IMG/VR virus record: IMGVR_UViG_3300044642_000074
Span: 32,001 to 96,000 of that record
Reading direction: 5' to 3' (one strand)
DNA from: a virus
Length of the DNA: 64,000 nt
Shown piece after piece: positions 59,924 through 64,000 of the stretch (its first letter is position 1; each line of letters opens with the position of its first letter). Position numbers and translations under genes: made by a program. A model generated the notes under the pieces. The model ran no database searches and was not told the origin of the DNA. It was given only the letters and a program-made list of their open reading frames with translations.

Positions 59924-61821
59924 AAAAACTTTTGCTTGCCTGCTTAGCTATAGTGTTTACTAGTTTGGGTTATTCTCAAACTATTGGTCATTTCCAACAG
60001 TTAGCTTCTGTTAAAAGAGGGGACACTTTAGATGTGGCCTGGTATTATCAACCAAGTGGTTCAGTTGATGTCAGAACATTTCAGGTAGATTTTCAGTTTA
60101 AAAAGCATCTGTTTACTCACATAAGTACTACTATTGATACACCATATGTTACTGTTGGTAGACAACCGCAGCTTGGGTACAATCAGTTTAATAACTTTAA
60201 GTATGACAACTACGTAAACGGAAACTATACTTATGGAGCTGATACTAACTGGGCAGTTGGACGTAACTATTTAACACTTCCTGCTGGCAGTGGTTTTGGT
60301 ACTGGTAATGGATATATTATCCATAATAAGTTTAAGATTAATGAAGTACAGTCTAACTTTGTATCTGATACAATTACTGTTAACTGGGCTCGTCTCTTTA
60401 AAGTAGATGGAACTACTATTGGAGATAACGTAGCAACTCTTACAAATAAGAAGCTTGCTATTTTCTTACAGGGTAACTTGACTATCTCAGGAAAGATCTG
60501 GATGGGGTCTAATACCGGCTTGCCAACGATTATTGCATATGCTGATAATACAGGTATTGAGGTTTCTCGTACAGTTCCTGCAGCCAATGGTACATATACT
60601 CTGACAAATATAGAACAGAATACTAAGTATAAGATAAAGGTTGTTTTCTCAAGAGATAGTCTAATCACAATGCGTGATCGTGCAGTAACTATTGCTGATG
60701 CTGTGAAGACTTATAATGAATTTACCGGAGCTAATGTTAGCCAGACATTCCCAAGAACTTTCTTGACAAACGGTCTTGCTTATTTGATTGCAGATGTCAG
60801 CCGAAACGGAGTCTTAGATGGTGGTGATCCTTATGGAATTTATGCTTCTGTATCAGGTCTAAGACCAATTGATACTGCACGTCTTGTAAATGTTTTCTTA
60901 AAGAATGAGTTTGATTCTTTGGCCATAGCAGCAAATCAGTGGACTAGTTGGGCAAGTAATGTAGACAAGGGTCTGTTTGTATTTGACTCTGTAGGTACTG
61001 TTAATAATACTAACGTAGACATTAAATACTTCTTATTGGGTGACGTAGACCGCTCACATTCTTCACCTGTGTTTAATGCACAAGGTCAGCAAGTTGCCCG
61101 TACAATCTATAAGGGAAATATAAATGTTAGAATCCCAGATACTTATACAAACTCTAGTGATCCTCTCTATGTACCCTTCAATGTAAGTTATGCTAGTTAT
61201 AAAAATACAGGGTTACAGTTTGAGATGAAGTATGATCCTGCTGTTGTTAGGTTTGACCAGATTCAGTCTAACATAGATGGTCCATGGCTTCAATATGTGA
61301 CTAACGATAGTATTGCTGGTATCATCAGATTTGGTGGTATGAACAACCAAACAACCGGATATTTAAGTGGTGACTTTACTCCTTATAAGCTAAAGTTTTC
61401 TCCTAAAAATCTAGGAACAAACATAACAAGTTACGTATATGTTAGACGTCTTATGGATGCTAGTGATGAGAACGGTGATCATTATAACATCGTACTTCAG
61501 TCAGATAGAATTGTTCTTAGCTACCGTATGAACGGTGCTACCTCTGTCTTTACAAATATGGAGCCTACTGTAAATGTTAGTCCTAATCCTAATACAGGTC
61601 AGTTTGAACTAGTGGTATTTGTACCGCGTAACTCAACTATGAAAGCCGTGGTGTATGATATGAACGGAAAATTGATTAGAGAGTTAGGCAACTTTAAGAC
61701 TGAAGATGCTGAGCAAAAATTTCGTAAAACCGTACCTACAGGGGACCTTCCTGCCGGTATGTATAATATAGTACTCTTTGATAACCGTAAGAGATATACT
61801 ACTAAAATGATTAAATCCTAA
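59920..61821 (+). CDS. T9SS type A CTD protein with dockerin-like and cohesin-like domains
   Basis: Signal peptide; ADVSRNGVLDGGD and LGDVDRS; GLQFEMKYDP cohesin-like strand; CTD VSPNP..G.F...VYDMNGK...LPAGMY...KMIK. Confidence 0.8.
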   Translation: MKKLLLACLAIVFTSLGYSQTIGHFQQLASVKRGDTLDVAWYYQPSGSVDVRTFQVDFQFKKHLFTHISTTIDTPYVTVGRQPQLGYNQFNNFKYDNYVNGNYTYGADTNWAVGRNYLTLPAGSGFGTGNGYIIHNKFKINEVQSNFVSDTITVNWARLFKVDGTTIGDNVATLTNKKLAIFLQGNLTISGKIWMGSNTGLPTIIAYADNTGIEVSRTVPAANGTYTLTNIEQNTKYKIKVVFSRDSLITMRDRAVTIADAVKTYNEFTGANVSQTFPRTFLTNGLAYLIADVSRNGVLDGGDPYGIYASVSGLRPIDTARLVNVFLKNEFDSLAIAANQWTSWASNVDKGLFVFDSVGTVNNTNVDIKYFLLGDVDRSHSSPVFNAQGQQVARTIYKGNINVRIPDTYTNSSDPLYVPFNVSYASYKNTGLQFEMKYDPAVVRFDQIQSNIDGPWLQYVTNDSIAGIIRFGGMNNQTTGYLSGDFTPYKLKFSPKNLGTNITSYVYVRRLMDASDENGDHYNIVLQSDRIVLSYRMNGATSVFTNMEPTVNVSPNPNTGQFELVVFVPRNSTMKAVVYDMNGKLIRELGNFKTEDAEQKFRKTVPTGDLPAGMYNIVLFDNRKRYTTKMIKS

Positions 61822-61825
61822 TACT

Positions 61826-62143
61826 ATGTCAGAAGAACAAGTTCAACAAGAAGAAGGTACCTGGTCAAGTCTTAAGAAGACTATTGTAGGTACACTTGCT
61901 ACAGTTATTACTGGTGGTGGAGCTTATGTAGCTACCACATTATTTGGTGGAGGTGACGCTGCTCAACCTGCAGCTCCTGCTCAGCCAAGTATCATCATTA
62001 ATAATACACAGCAACAACAGCAGCAACAGGCTGCCGGTAAGACCGTTATAATTAAAGAGGCAGCTCCTGCCGCAGCTAAACCTGCAGAAGAGAAACCTAA
62101 GCCTAAGAAAGATGACTGGGCTAAAGAAGAACCAAAGTGGTAA
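61826..62143 (+). CDS. Membrane-anchored Q/P/A-rich protein
   Basis: TM at about aa 19-41, poly-Q, KP-rich tail. Confidence 0.65.
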   Translation: MSEEQVQQEEGTWSSLKKTIVGTLATVITGGGAYVATTLFGGGDAAQPAAPAQPSIIINNTQQQQQQQAAGKTVIIKEAAPAAAKPAEEKPKPKKDDWAKEEPKW

Positions 62144-62159
62144 TTTATAAACAAACTAT

Positions 62160-62777
62160 ATGACTAAGGAAAAAACAAACGAAACTGGTTTTCAAGCTTT
62201 ATTGAACGCTATGATGAAAAGACGCTGGTTTATTACAGCGTTAGTACTAGGATCTTTTATGTTGATAATCGGTGGTATATTCTCCGCTATCACATATAGC
62301 ACTCCGATTCAGGGTGAATGGAAAGAACTTTTACTACTCTTACTTGGTGCCTTTATTGGTAGTTATGGTAAGATCATTGACTACTGGTTTTCTGATACAG
62401 ACAAAGACAAGATGCTTGTCCAGAAGATGGATGAGGAAGACGGTGTTAGTCTGTCTCATACCAACGACATGAAAGAGTCAGCTAAACCTGCTAGTACCAG
62501 TCTTGTAGACCCAACCTTTGCCGCATTTGCCGCAAAAGCTGCGGAGAATAAAGAACCAATCACCGCAGAAACAAAATCTGCTGAAGCTGCACCTGCTAAA
62601 AAAGGTGTAGAGATTGATGAAGATGGAGACGGTGTTATGGACGGTCTTGACTTTGATGGTGACGGTAAGATTGACGAATACTTTGCACACAGACAGTGTG
62701 AGCATATTTGGGGTGACGCTGATGGAGACGGTGATGAAGAGTGCCTTAAGTGTGGCAAGATAAAAGATCCGGAATAA
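62160..62777 (+). CDS. Two-TM membrane protein with DxDGDG repeats and Cys/His motif
   Basis: Two TM helices; DEDGDG, DFDGDG, DADGDG; CEH...CLKC. Confidence 0.7.
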   Translation: MTKEKTNETGFQALLNAMMKRRWFITALVLGSFMLIIGGIFSAITYSTPIQGEWKELLLLLLGAFIGSYGKIIDYWFSDTDKDKMLVQKMDEEDGVSLSHTNDMKESAKPASTSLVDPTFAAFAAKAAENKEPITAETKSAEAAPAKKGVEIDEDGDGVMDGLDFDGDGKIDEYFAHRQCEHIWGDADGDGDEECLKCGKIKDPE

Positions 62778-62810
62778 TATTTTTCACTTAATCCTGTAAC
62801 ATGGAAGCTG

Positions 62811-63032
62811 ATGAACAAAAGAAACAGACTAAAGATTTTACGTTCCTCTCGGGATATAAGCTTGATGTTGGCAATGTTCTTTTTGCCATTAGGTTACGAT
62901 CTTTTATTCAAGACGCTCTTAAACATCACGGGCAGTTTTTGGGTTACCGATATCATATTTTATTGTATATCAGGCTTATTCTGGCTGCTTTACTTTTTAT
63001 TATCCAAGACTTTAAAGTCTAATAATGTATGA
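62811..63032 (+). CDS. Small two-TM membrane protein
   Basis: MFFLPLGYD..F..W; ATGA-coupled to the 63029 gene. Confidence 0.6.
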   Translation: MNKRNRLKILRSSRDISLMLAMFFLPLGYDLLFKTLLNITGSFWVTDIIFYCISGLFWLLYFLLSKTLKSNNV

Positions 63033-63790
63033 AAACTACCAAAGAAAATCTAAGAATAATCCTATTGGTTGGTTTATGGTTCTTGTTTATGTTTTTAATC
63101 AGTTCTGTACTAACTAAGTGTACTGCTCAAACTGTAGGATCTACAAAAACAGAACAATACCAAGCTGGTTTTGAAAAGAAAGTAAACATTGATTCCTTGA
63201 TGGACTATGACGGTCCAACTATTCCTGTTCAGTTGTTGAATATAGGAATCAGTGAAGAGGTGTATGCTATATACCCAGAACTTAAAGACAAACGTGTCGG
63301 TCTGGGCGTTACTAATATCATTGTTGAGTATCTGGAGGAAACCGGTAGGTTCACCTTTACAGAAGATAAGACAGAGATCAAGAACCGTATGGTAAAACAG
63401 TTTCAGGCATCTGCCTCAGGTTTTACCGAGAATAAGCTTGACGGTAAAGGCAAGATAAAACTTGCCCGTTATTTTGTTTACATAGAAGTGTATGACTTCT
63501 CTGTATCTGTAGATGAGGAGTTGAAGCTTAAAGATGGTGTTAAAGAAACTATGGTTACACGCCTTGGTCTACAAGCCAAGTTTGTAGATGCTGAAACAGG
63601 AGAATACTTCACTGCCTCAGGTCTTGGAGAAGCTAAAACAGTTAGAGAGCTTACTCTTCTTAATGATGATAACCTCTCTGAGATTAAGTTCAACCAATCA
63701 ACGATTGGTATCACTACTAAGAAAGCTCTGGAAACAGCGGCTTCAAGAGTAGTTCTGCGTATGATAAAGAAGCAGATCTTTAAAAACTAG
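63029..63790 (+). CDS. CsgG/HfaB-like (curli-assembly fold) exported protein
   Basis: GVTNIIVEYLEETGRFTF.E, ARYFVY.EVYDF, LQAKFVDAETGE...SG.G and KKALE.A, the CsgG-family layout. Confidence 0.7.
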   Translation: MKTTKENLRIILLVGLWFLFMFLISSVLTKCTAQTVGSTKTEQYQAGFEKKVNIDSLMDYDGPTIPVQLLNIGISEEVYAIYPELKDKRVGLGVTNIIVEYLEETGRFTFTEDKTEIKNRMVKQFQASASGFTENKLDGKGKIKLARYFVYIEVYDFSVSVDEELKLKDGVKETMVTRLGLQAKFVDAETGEYFTASGLGEAKTVRELTLLNDDNLSEIKFNQSTIGITTKKALETAASRVVLRMIKKQIFKN

Positions 63791-64000
63791 TGTGGCACCG
63801 CGCCTTTTATATCATATTATTGCTTGCTTTTACTTTGACTGCAAGAAGTCAGGTGTTGACGTATCCGTTTACAGATCCTTGTACAAAGGTCGTGACTACG
63901 TTTACAATACCTGTAACGGGTAATACTACTATTTACTTTCTGGGAAAATCAGCCTCGTTTACTGCAGCAGATGTCAGTAGCGGGGCTTTTGCTGTTTGGA
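63790..64000 (+). CDS. Exported protein, 3'-truncated by the window
   Basis: GTG at 63790 opens MWHRAFYIILLLAFTLTARS|QVLTYPFTDPCT..., open to the window end. Confidence 0.6.
   Translation, partial: MWHRAFYIILLLAFTLTARSQVLTYPFTDPCTKVVTTFTIPVTGNTTIYFLGKSASFTAADVSSGAFAVW

Noticed and set aside
61826-62143. Q-rich protein as a curlin (CsgA) subunit
   Set aside because: It lacks curlin QxGxxN repeats and a cleavable signal peptide.
62801-63022. 73-aa ORF overlapping 62811-63032
   Set aside because: 62811-63032 has clear TM helices and ATGA coupling to the next gene.
1-64000. Stop-codon reassignment, as in some crAss-like phages
   Set aside because: Very long ORFs are intact in the standard code, and TAG and TGA serve as stops at coupled gene junctions.
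1-64000. CRISPR array, tRNA, rRNA, integrase or IS element
   Set aside because: None recognised by eye and intergenic gaps are short; tRNAscan/Infernal not run.

Overview
A 64-kb segment of a dsDNA phage genome with crAss-like (Crassvirales-type) organisation. The host is probably Bacteroidota: TAnnTTTG promoter boxes, signal peptides ending in A/S-Q and a T9SS sorting domain all point there. The standard genetic code is used. There are three blocks. (1) 1-40050 (+): tail and virion genes (IHF-like, ring proteins, muzzle/tail-stabilisation), multidomain putative virion cargo proteins and a 4603-aa virion RNA polymerase (DFDID). (2) 40063-56897 (-): nucleotide-metabolism and replication genes (PolB, primase, DnaB, Sak4-like ATPase, PD-(D/E)XK nuclease, dNMP kinase, phosphoesterases, DnaA-domain-IV protein). 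(3) 57009-64000 (+): lysis genes (holin-like, spanin-like, GH19 endolysin) and an envelope/secretion module. No capsid, portal or terminase gene was recognised. The two best candidate novel systems are (a) three consecutive bead-on-a-string proteins (10227-19162) whose small domains, including an R-STS-ExE ADP-ribosyltransferase and a zincin, are delimited by about 20 copies of a phi-x-x-G-G motif, suggesting a processed or motif-targeted effector cargo; and (b) a phage-borne operon combining CsgG-like proteins, a cohesin/dockerin-like T9SS substrate and membrane proteins (59441-64000). All protein family calls come from motif recognition by eye, not database searches.
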